From Butyrivibrio sp. (GTDB lineage Bacteria; Bacillota; Clostridia; Lachnospirales; Lachnospiraceae), in NCBI GenBank assembly GCA_017470505.1, contig JAFUYO010000009.1, positions 1,671 to 65,670 on the forward strand: 64,000 nt of DNA, read 5' to 3'. This document shows, in pieces, positions 18,966 to 28,799 of the stretch (within the stretch, counting starts at the first letter, position 1; every line of letters begins with the position of its first letter). Under the pieces are notes generated by a model. The model did not search any database, was not told the DNA's origin, and worked only from the letters and a program-made list of their open reading frames with translations. Made by a program: the position numbers and the translations under genes.

Positions 18966-21230
18966 TCAGTGATTGATTTTACGCAGGAGCTTTTTAACCT
19001 GGGCGGTGTCGAACCCTCCGAAGGTTGAGAGCGACCCTATGGGCATCTCGAGTATCATGCGCTCCATCATCTCTGTGCCGCCCTCTCCCATGGAATCGGC
19101 GTTCTCAGAGTTTGACTTCATCTCACTGAAGATGTTGTCGACAATCGGCCCCAGGACCTCCCTGCCTTTTGCGGTATCAAGGATGTCCGAAATTGCGGAG
19201 AACATGTCAAAGCTGCACGGAAGTAGCGTTGTGCCCTCGACATGGACAGGAATTGTAAGCCTTATGTCATTTGACGAGGAGCCTATCAGAATTGTGTAAT
19301 CGCCGCTCTCCACATAAAAGTCATGTATCTTCGTCTCGTAGTAAGCAAATGCCCTCGCATCGAGCGTAAAGGTCAAAGTTTCCTTCTCCTCCGGAAGAAG
19401 CTCTATCTTTTGGAAGCCCTTGAGCTCCTTATACGGCCTTGAGATTCTGCTGCCATTGGGCGAGACATAGAGCTGCACGACTTCCTTCCCCTTGTATCTT
19501 CCGACGTTCCAGATATCAACGCTTACAGTGACTCTCTCTTTATCGGTTATGCTCTCCTTGTCAATGGTGATATCTGAGTACTCAAATTCAGTGTATGAGA
19601 GTCCGTGTCCAAAGGGGAAAAGAGGCTGCATGCGCTTCTTTTCGTAGTATCTGTATCCGATGAACACGCCCTCCCTGTACTCGGGATTGCCGCCATCACC
19701 CGGGAAGTTCAAAAAGCTCGGGTTGTCCGAGAGCTTTTCGGGATAGGTCTCTGAGAGCTTACCTGAAGGGTTTGAAAAGCCCCAGAGAAGGTCAACAGCA
19801 GCTTCTCCCGCCGCATCTCCTGACAGCTGCATATCCAGAACCGCATCCACCCTGTCGATCCACGGCATTGCAACCGGAGATCCGTTGTGCATCACCACGA
19901 CGGTCTTTTTATTTAAAAGAGCAAGCTCCGAAATGAGTTTGTCCTGCTCCTTGGGAAGGTTTATGTCCTTCCTGTCAAAGCCCTCTGACTCATAGGATGC
20001 AGGGAGCCCTGCGAATATCACTATGATGTCCGCATCCTCGGCTGCCTCTATAGCTTTTTCCCTCAGGATGAAGTTCTCCTCGGGATTTTTGGTGTCATAC
20101 CCCTTTGCAAATGTGACGTTTTTGTCTGCAGCTGCATCAAGCGCATTTGACACGAAGGCGCTGTTTATGTGGGATGAGCCCGAGCCCTGATATCTTGGCT
20201 TTTCTGCAAACTCTCCGACAAATAAGACCTTCATATCGCTCTTTATCGGGAGGGCTTTGTTGTTCTTTAAAAGAACAGCACTGTCCAGTGACAGCTTTTT
20301 GGCAAAGGCATAGTCGCGCTTTCTCGTCTCGTCAGAGGATGCAAGTACGCCCTCAGGCCTGTTCTCAATTGTCCGGTTGAAGGCATTCAGTATATTAAAG
20401 ACCGCTCTGTCAACCTTGGCCTCATCGAGCTTGCCCGAATTTACGGCTTCTACGATGGCTTTGGTGTGGTCTTCGCAAGGCCCCGGCATCACGAGGTCAA
20501 GCCCCGCTTCAACTCCCTTTGCAGGGTCCTTTCCTGCGCCCCAGTCGGTCACGACAAAGCCGTCAAATCCCCACTTGTCCCTCAGAACCTCTGTCAGCAT
20601 ATATTTGTTTTCAGACAGATATGTGCCGTTGAGCTGGTTGTATGCGCACATGATTGACTTGGGATGGGCCTCTTTCACCATTATCTCAAATGCCGTCAGA
20701 TATATCTCATGGAGCGTCCGCTCATCCACTATGGAGTTGCCTGACATTCTCCTGTATTCCTGATTGTTTGCCGCAAAGTGCTTGGGGCAGGCAAGAACGC
20801 CCTTGGACTGGACTCCCTCCACATATGCTGCCGCCATCTTTCCCGCCAGATACGGATCTTCAGAGTAGTACTCAAAGTTTCGTCCGCAGACAGGACTCCT
20901 CTTCATGTTGAGCCCCGGGCCAAGGAGCATACTCACATCCTCCCTCAGGCACTCATCTCCTAACGTCTCGCCGAGCTCTCTCGCAAGGTCCACGTCAAAG
21001 CTCGAAGCCACAGAACTCGCTGTCGGATAGCAGACCGTGCTGATACTCCCGTTGAGTCCCAGATGATCCGCTTCTCCTACCTGTTTCCTGAGTCCGTTCG
21101 GTCCGTCGCACATCATAAAGCTCTTAAGCCCGAGCCTCTCAACGGCAGCCGTGTGCCAAAAATCCGCCCCCGAGAGGATCTGTGCCTTTTCTTCAAGTGT
21201 CATCTGACTGATAAGTTCATTCACATCCAT
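18966..21230 (-). CDS. GH3 beta-glucosidase (standard domain order, with Fn3 domain)
   Basis: CDGPNGLRK, GRNFEYYSEDP, KHFAAN, VVTDWG (nucleophile Asp), ESEGFDR, PFGHGLSYT. Confidence 0.93.
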   Translation of the reverse strand: MDVNELISQMTLEEKAQILSGADFWHTAAVERLGLKSFMMCDGPNGLRKQVGEADHLGLNGSISTVCYPTASSVASSFDVDLARELGETLGDECLREDVSMLLGPGLNMKRSPVCGRNFEYYSEDPYLAGKMAAAYVEGVQSKGVLACPKHFAANNQEYRRMSGNSIVDERTLHEIYLTAFEIMVKEAHPKSIMCAYNQLNGTYLSENKYMLTEVLRDKWGFDGFVVTDWGAGKDPAKGVEAGLDLVMPGPCEDHTKAIVEAVNSGKLDEAKVDRAVFNILNAFNRTIENRPEGVLASSDETRKRDYAFAKKLSLDSAVLLKNNKALPIKSDMKVLFVGEFAEKPRYQGSGSSHINSAFVSNALDAAADKNVTFAKGYDTKNPEENFILREKAIEAAEDADIIVIFAGLPASYESEGFDRKDINLPKEQDKLISELALLNKKTVVVMHNGSPVAMPWIDRVDAVLDMQLSGDAAGEAAVDLLWGFSNPSGKLSETYPEKLSDNPSFLNFPGDGGNPEYREGVFIGYRYYEKKRMQPLFPFGHGLSYTEFEYSDITIDKESITDKERVTVSVDIWNVGRYKGKEVVQLYVSPNGSRISRPYKELKGFQKIELLPEEKETLTFTLDARAFAYYETKIHDFYVESGDYTILIGSSSNDIRLTIPVHVEGTTLLPCSFDMFSAISDILDTAKGREVLGPIVDNIFSEMKSNSENADSMGEGGTEMMERMILEMPIGSLSTFGGFDTAQVKKLLRKINH

Positions 21231-21355
21231 GCTCTAATTCTCCCATAAGTTAAAATACACGCTTTCCGCGCCACATATTCTAATTTTATAAGTTTGCCGT
21301 CCCATATTCAACCATGATAAACAAAAACTATCCCTTAGGAACTGTAGTGAAGCAC

Positions 21356-21413
21356 AAAAAAAGGCAGCGGCAAAGATATATTTGTAAGCAAATATATCTT
21401 TACCGCTGCCTTT
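21356..21413 (-). terminator. Long inverted repeat / terminator
   Basis: About 25-bp arms with one mismatch: AAAGGCAGCGGcAAAGATATATTTG-TAAG-CAAATATATCTTTaCCGCTGCCTTT. U-run follows on the minus strand. Confidence 0.75.
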
Positions 21414-21439
21414 CGTCCCTGTCAGGACTTTAACCCTTT

Positions 21440-21685
21440 TCACCCTTTTATCTTAACGAACGCAACAGCTTTCTTTTCCTGTGCCTTATCAGTCCTGCGT
21501 GCCAGAACTGCTGAATGAACTGCATACTCGGATTTGACCTCTGCCTCCAACATACTTCCTGCTCCAAGAAGGTCAAGTGCTTTAAACTTGCCGTAAGAAA
21601 GGTTCTGCTCCTTTGCTTTGACCGCGTCTGCCATGATAGCGATGCTGCTCTGGCTCATTCCCTGTCTCTTTGCGGAACGTCTCAT
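21440..21685 (-). CDS. Small basic hypothetical protein
   Basis: GGAGG RBS before ATG 21685 and its own terminator. Contains A.E.NLSYGKFKA. Confidence 0.65.
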   Translation of the reverse strand: MRRSAKRQGMSQSSIAIMADAVKAKEQNLSYGKFKALDLLGAGSMLEAEVKSEYAVHSAVLARRTDKAQEKKAVAFVKIKG

Positions 21686-21869
21686 ATTCAATTCCTCCAT
21701 CTCATTAAGAAAAGATTTTAAATGAAAATACTAGCTATTGTGGTTTCACAACCAAATTTCATCTAATGGGTACATTATATACTATGCCCCCCTAAAAAGA
21801 TAGAGAATAGCGGCACTTTTCTCCGTTAAATCATTAAATTTTTATGAAACAAATTTACATTTTCTTTAT

Positions 21870-22613
21870 TTATTTTTGAATTTTTATTCTATCATCGCCT
21901 GCAAGGTAACTCATGAGCGCAGCCCGCGCGTGTTCCCTGTCCGTCGCCTCAACTGTCACCGTAAACCTGTAGGCGTGCTTCTTCATGCCCTCACAGGCTC
22001 TCTCCTTCTCCGCCTCAGCCAGCGACCTTTCCTTGGTATCTTCACTTGTCATCTCCATTATGTCGCTTACAGCGAACTTCTTGAACTGCTCGCGGTGACG
22101 CTCATCATTAGCGAGATACTTCTCGATAAGAGAGAGTGTGTGTCCGAGATTTAAGTACTCCCCGTGAAGAAAGGACTCCATGTCCATCATCTCCCGGAAC
22201 TGCTCTGTCCCGACATCGTCCGTCCAGGAGAGCTCCTTTTTGATGAACTCCTCATTGCTCTCGGCGTTCTTAGCCTGCCAGTCCAGCAGATACCATTTCC
22301 ATATCTGAAGCCTTCTTCTGTTGACATCCTCATCCGAGAGCTCCGACATCTTCTGGCATGCATGTCTGACGCCCCTTGCGACCAGTTCGTTCGTCGTCTT
22401 GTCAACGTCATAGACCCTGTCCTGTATGACCTTTCCCCTCTCGGTATTCTCTATCGATAGTCCCAACTGATTATCAGATACCGTCTTTAGAAAAAGCGAA
22501 TAATCTCCATGTCGCGCAATGACAACCGCCCTCTCTTTGAGAACGGTTTCCTTAAAATCCATGTATGCTTTTAATACATCCTCGTTTTGAATGTATCTGA
22601 AAGTTCTGCCCAT
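21870..22613 (-). CDS. Hypothetical protein
   Basis: 247-aa ORF 15 bp downstream of the EAL-domain gene, with a GGAGG RBS. Confidence 0.75.
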   Translation of the reverse strand: MGRTFRYIQNEDVLKAYMDFKETVLKERAVVIARHGDYSLFLKTVSDNQLGLSIENTERGKVIQDRVYDVDKTTNELVARGVRHACQKMSELSDEDVNRRRLQIWKWYLLDWQAKNAESNEEFIKKELSWTDDVGTEQFREMMDMESFLHGEYLNLGHTLSLIEKYLANDERHREQFKKFAVSDIMEMTSEDTKERSLAEAEKERACEGMKKHAYRFTVTVEATDREHARAALMSYLAGDDRIKIQK

Positions 22614-22628
22614 ACTTCCTCCGGCGAA

Positions 22629-24281
22629 TCATCTGTTATAGAACTGCAATTTTTTAAACTCCTCTATGCTGCAGGGTCTTCCATAGTAGTATCCCATGAG
22701 GTCCGAAACCGGGTACTGCCTTGCAATCTCTGCTTTCCTCTCGTCCTCAATCCCCGTAAAGCATATCCTGATACCCAGCTTATGCGAAAAAGAAGCAACT
22801 GCCTCTATCATATATTTGGTTGCGATGTTGTCCTCCATGGCTCCTGTCAGTGCCGGCACAAGGTTTACAAGATCAACCGGCAGGTTTCTCACAAGGTCGA
22901 GGGATGCAAAATCCACCACGTCAATTCCTATCCTGATCCCGCACGACTTGATGAACTCGATCTGGCTCTTTAGGTGCTCTATCGATAGCTGCCTGCTGGA
23001 CGATGTCATATCAAGGCACAGCCCCGTTGCGGGATATCCCGTCTTTCTCAGAATATCAAGGAGCGTACTCCTAAACTCCGATCTCTCCAGCTGCATGAAT
23101 GCCAGATTGACGCTAAGGTAAAACTCCTTGTTCGCTCTCCGAAACTCCAATGCGTCCATAAGAGCATTTTCCAGTATCCAGTTTCCAAGCTGATAGAACA
23201 CCGGATCCTGCTCAAGCCATGGCAAAAACTCCGACGGTGAGACCTCGCCGTACGGCTCCTTGTGCCATCTGACAAAGACCTCCATCCCGACGAGCCTTCC
23301 ATCCGATGCCGCGACAATAGGCTGATACTCCAGCCTGAATCCGTCAAAACCGTTAATGACCGAATTTCTCACCTTGTTCACAAGGTCTATGCTGCTCTTG
23401 TGATTATCCCGTTCATCGTTGTGGAAGATAATAAGATTGCCGTGTTTTTGGTTCTTGGAATAGTCCAGCGCATACTTGGCGCTCGTGTAGATCGAGTGCT
23501 CATCTATCTCGTTGTTAGTCGCGACGATCACGCCTCCCGCTATCTCGGCGCCAATCTTGTTCCCCGAGATAAGGAGTGACTCCCTTGCATAGGACCTCAT
23601 CCTGCCGTACAGCTTCTTGATATCATCGAGAGTGGCTAAGTCGGATATGAGCGCCATCGCCGTTCCCTCGCCCCTGAACACTTTCCCTGTATCCTTGGCT
23701 TCTGCCTTAAGCCTTGCAGCTGTTGCGCGCAGGATATTGTTGCCCGTCATGTATCCGAGCTTTCTGTTGAGATCCCCGAAGTCGATGAAGTTGATCATGA
23801 GCAGAATATAGCTCTTTTTCTCAGCTCTCTCCTGCCGCATGTAATTCAGCATCTCGTACTGATTGGGCAATAGCGTTATCGGATCGTTGTTGTCGACAAT
23901 ACCCTTATTGATTATGGAGCACGCGTAAAAGACAGGTCTGCCTGTGTAGTCCTTTATCACAACCCCCCTGGAGGCGCACACCACGTACTCGCCGTTCTTG
24001 TTCTTGGCTCTGTACTCATAGGCGGGGTTTTCCTTTTTCCCGGAAAAAATATTTCTCAGGTACTCGGCGTACTTGTCCCTGTCGTCAGGATGAATACGTA
24101 TCTCCCAGACATTTGATGCGTTGTAGATATACTCCCCCGTCAGTCCAAAGTAGTCCACCGCATTGGCTGACCACCTCGCGATGTTCTTCCCCATGTCATA
24201 GACATACACGTAGCGGCTCCTTGATGTGACCGCAAACGTGTCAAAAATTCTGTTGATCGTGTCGAAATTATCTCCCGGCAT
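22629..24281 (-). CDS. PAS + degenerate GGDEF + degenerate EAL protein
   Basis: PAS motif IHPDD. GGDEF position reads FRGEGTAM. EAL region reads YQPIV...MEVFVRW, has LDMTSS instead of LEITES, and lacks DDFGTG. Confidence 0.85.
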   Translation of the reverse strand: MPGDNFDTINRIFDTFAVTSRSRYVYVYDMGKNIARWSANAVDYFGLTGEYIYNASNVWEIRIHPDDRDKYAEYLRNIFSGKKENPAYEYRAKNKNGEYVVCASRGVVIKDYTGRPVFYACSIINKGIVDNNDPITLLPNQYEMLNYMRQERAEKKSYILLMINFIDFGDLNRKLGYMTGNNILRATAARLKAEAKDTGKVFRGEGTAMALISDLATLDDIKKLYGRMRSYARESLLISGNKIGAEIAGGVIVATNNEIDEHSIYTSAKYALDYSKNQKHGNLIIFHNDERDNHKSSIDLVNKVRNSVINGFDGFRLEYQPIVAASDGRLVGMEVFVRWHKEPYGEVSPSEFLPWLEQDPVFYQLGNWILENALMDALEFRRANKEFYLSVNLAFMQLERSEFRSTLLDILRKTGYPATGLCLDMTSSSRQLSIEHLKSQIEFIKSCGIRIGIDVVDFASLDLVRNLPVDLVNLVPALTGAMEDNIATKYMIEAVASFSHKLGIRICFTGIEDERKAEIARQYPVSDLMGYYYGRPCSIEEFKKLQFYNR

Positions 24282-25617
24282 TACCCCTCCGAGCCTTAAA
24301 CAGACGCTTGTTGTTGTACATCTCGCTGTCGGCTTTCTTTACTACATCTTCAAACTTTGTTCCATCCTCCGGACACCTTGCGTAGCCCGCACTTATTGAG
24401 ACCTTCAATGTCACTTCCTTGAGGACGACATCCTTCGCCACGTTCTGCCTCATTCTGGATATTACCCCCTCGTAAAAATCCTTGTCATGAGTGCCGTGGA
24501 TAACAACTACGAACTCGTCTCCGCCTATTCTGAAGGCCTTGTCCTTCTCTCTTATGCTGTTCTGAAGTCTCTTTGCAACTATATTAAGGAGAGCATCTCC
24601 GGCTTCGTGCCCGTAGGTGTCATTTACCTGCTTAAAATCGTTGAGGTCCATGAAAATAAGACCGTACGGCAGTTTCTTTTTGCTGAGCATATCCATATGC
24701 TCCTGATAACTTCTCGGGTTATTCAGGTTTGTGAGAGCGTCTCTGTAAGAGAGTATCTCAAGCTCCTTGGCGTAGCTTCTCATGGACATATAAGCGCCCA
24801 TCGCAAGGGCTGCGAGCACGCTTATCACGATTGCGATTAAAAGAGCTCCTACTATCTCATATATGTTCATCCAGCTGTCAAAGGGCGATATGGCAAGTGA
24901 CCAGGTATCCCCTCCGACGGTATTTATCATGCACTGAACCGGAGATAAAAGCTCTTTTTCCGAGTACTCAACAATCGTCTGCGGGATGACCGTGACTATA
25001 TTTGAGCCAAAGAGCTTGTACTCATAGCCGTCATCCGCGAGGTTTTTCAGGTTGACATCCGTCAGAAACTGTGAGAGATTGAGCTTTACCATGACAAAGC
25101 CCCAGAAGTTCTCCTCACTCTTTTCACCGGTATAGATGGGGCGCATCAGAATAAATCCCCTCTCGCTTTCCGAAAGGTCCACGGGTGCGATGATTACGGA
25201 CACGCCTGAAAACCTGCTGTACTCGGCGTACGGAGCTATCATCCTGTCCTCAAAGAGATTGTCCCTCGTGCCTATGCCGCCCTTTAGGGGATACCTGTAG
25301 CTGACGATTCCCTCAGGCGCGAGACTTATCTCTATTATATCGAGATAGTCATTGAAAACTTCCTCAGCTATGACCTGAAAACTCTCTTTGGTTATGCCGC
25401 CTCTCGTGCTGGAAATCTCTATCTCCAGCATTCTGGTTATGTAATCTCTTCTCTGTATCTCAGCCTGTATGCTCTGCGCCATCGACTCGACAAGGGAGGT
25501 TGCCCTGTTTCTTCGAAGGTCGGCCGCACCGGCAAGATAAAAAATAGCCAGACATGTTGTGAGTGCAAGTGCTGCCACAAAAGTAATCAGTCCTGCTGTG
25601 ATACTTTTCTTCTTCAT
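24268..25617 (-). CDS. Membrane sensor (CHASE-like) diguanylate cyclase
   Basis: Two TM segments around an extracytoplasmic domain (APEGIV..RYPL, FWGF). DALTNL, DLNDFKQVNDTYGH, REKD I-site, intact GGDEF. Confidence 0.92.
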   Translation of the reverse strand: MKKKSITAGLITFVAALALTTCLAIFYLAGAADLRRNRATSLVESMAQSIQAEIQRRDYITRMLEIEISSTRGGITKESFQVIAEEVFNDYLDIIEISLAPEGIVSYRYPLKGGIGTRDNLFEDRMIAPYAEYSRFSGVSVIIAPVDLSESERGFILMRPIYTGEKSEENFWGFVMVKLNLSQFLTDVNLKNLADDGYEYKLFGSNIVTVIPQTIVEYSEKELLSPVQCMINTVGGDTWSLAISPFDSWMNIYEIVGALLIAIVISVLAALAMGAYMSMRSYAKELEILSYRDALTNLNNPRSYQEHMDMLSKKKLPYGLIFMDLNDFKQVNDTYGHEAGDALLNIVAKRLQNSIREKDKAFRIGGDEFVVVIHGTHDKDFYEGVISRMRQNVAKDVVLKEVTLKVSISAGYARCPEDGTKFEDVVKKADSEMYNNKRLFKARRGNAGR

Positions 25618-25697
25618 CCTTATTCCCTCATAAGAAAATAGAATTATTGTATATCAGCATTATCCGTACTCATACACAATAATTCTATCATACTTTT

Positions 25698-28600
25698 TTA
25701 TTTTTCTGTGATTTTTATATCGAGGGATGAAGCTTTGTTATCTCTTACCAAAAGAGCGTCCTCCCCCCTTAAAAGAGCTCCCTCTGCGTCCTTTTTGCTG
25801 CCGTCTCTCATCGTGATGCGGATATTTGTTATTTCATAATTTCCCGGATAGTAGTCGGCCTTTTTGTCCGCCTCGTAGTTCACCGTAATGTCTCCGAGAA
25901 GGGTCGCGGACACCCTGTACTTACCCCCGTCCTCATAAAGAAGATATGAAGGAATTGCAGGACTAACGGAAAATACAAGATCGCTTCCTTCCATCCTGAA
26001 CATGTCTTTTCCAAAAAACATGATCTTCCACATGCTGATAAACTCAATTGTCGAGCCTGATAGCCTCGCTACAAAGCCCTTGCCCCTGATCTTTTTGTTG
26101 GGGTTTTTGCTGCTTGCGATAAACGAAGAGTTCTCGAGCGTGCTCCTTCCGTATTTGTCCTTGTCAAGGAACGGAATTGCCATCTTCTTAAAGTCATCGA
26201 AGAACTCCGGGTAAAGACCGCTTCTGAGAAGCTCTAACAGATACTTGTACTCCATGTGGAGCCATATGGACTCGTTCTCAAGCCACCCCGGCGTAAAGGC
26301 CCTGCACCTTCCAAGCTCAAAGCTTGAATCCATGAGGGATGCGTTGACCTTGTACATGTTAAGTTCCTTATCAAAGAGGTCGCTCTCACGCACCTTTTTG
26401 TAGAGAGTTCTCTTCTCATCTTCAGATGCATCTAGCTTTAGGTATCTGACAGGTCCCTCGAGGAAATCGGGAACCTTCACCACATCAAAGTGAAGCGCTG
26501 TGACATTACCGTCAGCTTCCTCATACTTATCGCAGTCAAAGGTAAAGTAGGACGGGCTTATGCCGTCTCCCAGAATAAGTGCCCTGTCTATCCCTCTCTT
26601 TAATCTCTCCTTGAAGCACTTTAGGATCGTCAGAACTTCACCCGCATCAAGAACTTCTTTTTCACCTGAGAGGCCCTCGTAAACAACCTCCCTGTAGGCC
26701 TCCCTGATGTCATTTCTCTTGTTCCAGTTCTCCATCAGGTCATCGTCCCTGTATCCGCCCTCTGAAAAAGCTTTTTCACATTCATAGAGAGCTCTTATAA
26801 GCCCTGCTGCTTCCTCATTAAGTTCCAGAGCCTGCCCCTGCTTTTCCATCTCTCTGATAATAAAATCCAGCATTCTCTGAAGCTCATAGGTCTCGTTCAT
26901 GGATGATCCAAAAAGTCCCGGCATGCCGTTAAGGGCGTCGTACCATCCGGGCTTTCCGCCGTCCATCTCAATTCCCATTCCGCAGGAATCGATCGAAGAG
27001 AACTTCACCGCAGATAAGAGGACCATCTTGGATATGAGCGGCATACGAATCTCTCTTCCTTTTCTGTCGACCGCGAAGGATCCGCTTTTCTGAGTATCCC
27101 TGCTCTCAAGGAACCTGTACTGCCTTATTCCCGACTCTGTCTTAACGTATCTCTTACTTCTCGGAAGGACCTTCTCCTTGCAGTCAAAGCTTGAAACCAA
27201 AGTGTCAAATAACAGAGCCTTTTCCCTGTCAGGGTACACCTCGAGGTAGTCCTCGATAAGGTCGAGATTGTAGGTCCAGTGGTCGCTCCAGTAGCCCTCT
27301 CCGAACTCCGCGTTTACGGTTTCTTTTGCACCTTTAAGTATGCGGTCAAAGCGCTCGTTTATGTCCTCTTCCCCTGCATCGTTAAGTGCAGCGTAGAGCT
27401 CACCCGGCGTAAAAGGGCTAGTTATATCAAGGCCATTAAGCTCCTCCTCATCCGCCTCATATTTTATCTGCTCGATCTTTAAGGGGTTGTAACCGTCAAG
27501 CTGAAGGAGAGAGTAGAACATCTCTATGTTCCTCGTTCCCACCACCGGTGAAAAGAACGAATCGCATCTCCTGTTCTGGTTGACATCCCTGAAGTTGCCG
27601 TTGCCCTGGGAGAAAAACTCAGGGGTCATCGAGAAGTAATTGTAGTCCCTCTCAAGATCTCCGTGTTTTCTTGAGTACACGTAAAAGACATGACCGTTCA
27701 GGTCTATAGGGCTTCCTCCCCTCAGGACGTTGTCCATGAAATTGACCCTTGTGTAGGAATCAAAGACAGGGTCTGCCGTCTTAGTTGCGACAGCCTTCGT
27801 CAGGTCATCGGTAAGATCATCCGCCTCTTCGAATTTGCTCCTGAAAAATGCTGCGTCTGTCTTTTTGGAAAGAAATTTATCCAGAACCTCCCTGTTCCTG
27901 ACCTGTCCGATGATCTCGTAGATACTCATCTCCTCGCCCGGACCCAGGTCCGCCTCCTTCACAAAGAAAAGGCAGGGAAATTCGTTGGATGTATTCTGAT
28001 CGGCTGAAAGGATATCTCCTGCGCCGCCCGCTATAAACCCTTCGGGATTTTCAAGCGAATAGTCATAGTCAAATATAACGCCCGGGTCCGCGATTACAGG
28101 GAGCCTTACTCCCGTATCATCTACGGCCAGTCCAAAATTTCCGCCGTCTACCTTCTTTACAACCGCGGAGTCCTCCATGCTGACCCTGACTCTGTAATAG
28201 GGAACCTTCCTCTCAAGGTCCTCGACCTGCATCCACGCCTTGGTGGTCTGGGTCATGACCTTTAAGCTCTCCTGTCCGACGCCGAAGGGAACGAGTGCGG
28301 GACATCCGTCGAGAACTTCAAAGTGTCTGTTTTTATCCGAATCATTTCTGATCGTCACAACGCGGAGCAGGGCTCCGATGTCTTCCCCGGGAAGCGCCGT
28401 ATAGTCGACAGTCGTTGTCATGAAGGCTTCATCCGACTCTTCAGAGAGCCTGAGGCCGTTCATATAGATCGTCATCTCATCGCTCTTCACGGCTTTTTTA
28501 AAGGGCTCGAAGTACTCACCGTCTGCCCTCACAAAGGTCCGAAAGCCCGTCCTCTTAACTGTCTGATATGCAGCGTGCGCCGGGTAGAACTCCATTATCG

Positions 28601-28772
28601 AGTGGTCCTTGTCCCTGACGCCAAAGCTCACAACCGCCTGACCTCTGTTTACGTAATAGCACCAGATTGGAATTCCCTTCACTCCTGCAATCCCCGGAAG
28701 GAAGCTGGAAAAGGTGCTCTTTCTCCCATAATCCGATATTGTGTCATGTACCAAAGTTCTGTGCTCTATCAT
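25698..28772 (-). CDS. GH161-like beta-1,3-glucan phosphorylase
   Basis: FSSFLPGIAG.KGIP.W..YVNRGQ, YSRKHGDLERDYN, GKPGWYDALNG.PG and FTPGWLENESIWLHMEYKY match the GH161 family from memory. Confidence 0.75.
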   Translation of the reverse strand: MIEHRTLVHDTISDYGRKSTFSSFLPGIAGVKGIPIWCYYVNRGQAVVSFGVRDKDHSIMEFYPAHAAYQTVKRTGFRTFVRADGEYFEPFKKAVKSDEMTIYMNGLRLSEESDEAFMTTTVDYTALPGEDIGALLRVVTIRNDSDKNRHFEVLDGCPALVPFGVGQESLKVMTQTTKAWMQVEDLERKVPYYRVRVSMEDSAVVKKVDGGNFGLAVDDTGVRLPVIADPGVIFDYDYSLENPEGFIAGGAGDILSADQNTSNEFPCLFFVKEADLGPGEEMSIYEIIGQVRNREVLDKFLSKKTDAAFFRSKFEEADDLTDDLTKAVATKTADPVFDSYTRVNFMDNVLRGGSPIDLNGHVFYVYSRKHGDLERDYNYFSMTPEFFSQGNGNFRDVNQNRRCDSFFSPVVGTRNIEMFYSLLQLDGYNPLKIEQIKYEADEEELNGLDITSPFTPGELYAALNDAGEEDINERFDRILKGAKETVNAEFGEGYWSDHWTYNLDLIEDYLEVYPDREKALLFDTLVSSFDCKEKVLPRSKRYVKTESGIRQYRFLESRDTQKSGSFAVDRKGREIRMPLISKMVLLSAVKFSSIDSCGMGIEMDGGKPGWYDALNGMPGLFGSSMNETYELQRMLDFIIREMEKQGQALELNEEAAGLIRALYECEKAFSEGGYRDDDLMENWNKRNDIREAYREVVYEGLSGEKEVLDAGEVLTILKCFKERLKRGIDRALILGDGISPSYFTFDCDKYEEADGNVTALHFDVVKVPDFLEGPVRYLKLDASEDEKRTLYKKVRESDLFDKELNMYKVNASLMDSSFELGRCRAFTPGWLENESIWLHMEYKYLLELLRSGLYPEFFDDFKKMAIPFLDKDKYGRSTLENSSFIASSKNPNKKIRGKGFVARLSGSTIEFISMWKIMFFGKDMFRMEGSDLVFSVSPAIPSYLLYEDGGKYRVSATLLGDITVNYEADKKADYYPGNYEITNIRITMRDGSKKDAEGALLRGEDALLVRDNKASSLDIKITEK

Positions 28773-28799
28773 ATTTCCTCCATCAAAACCAAAATGGTT

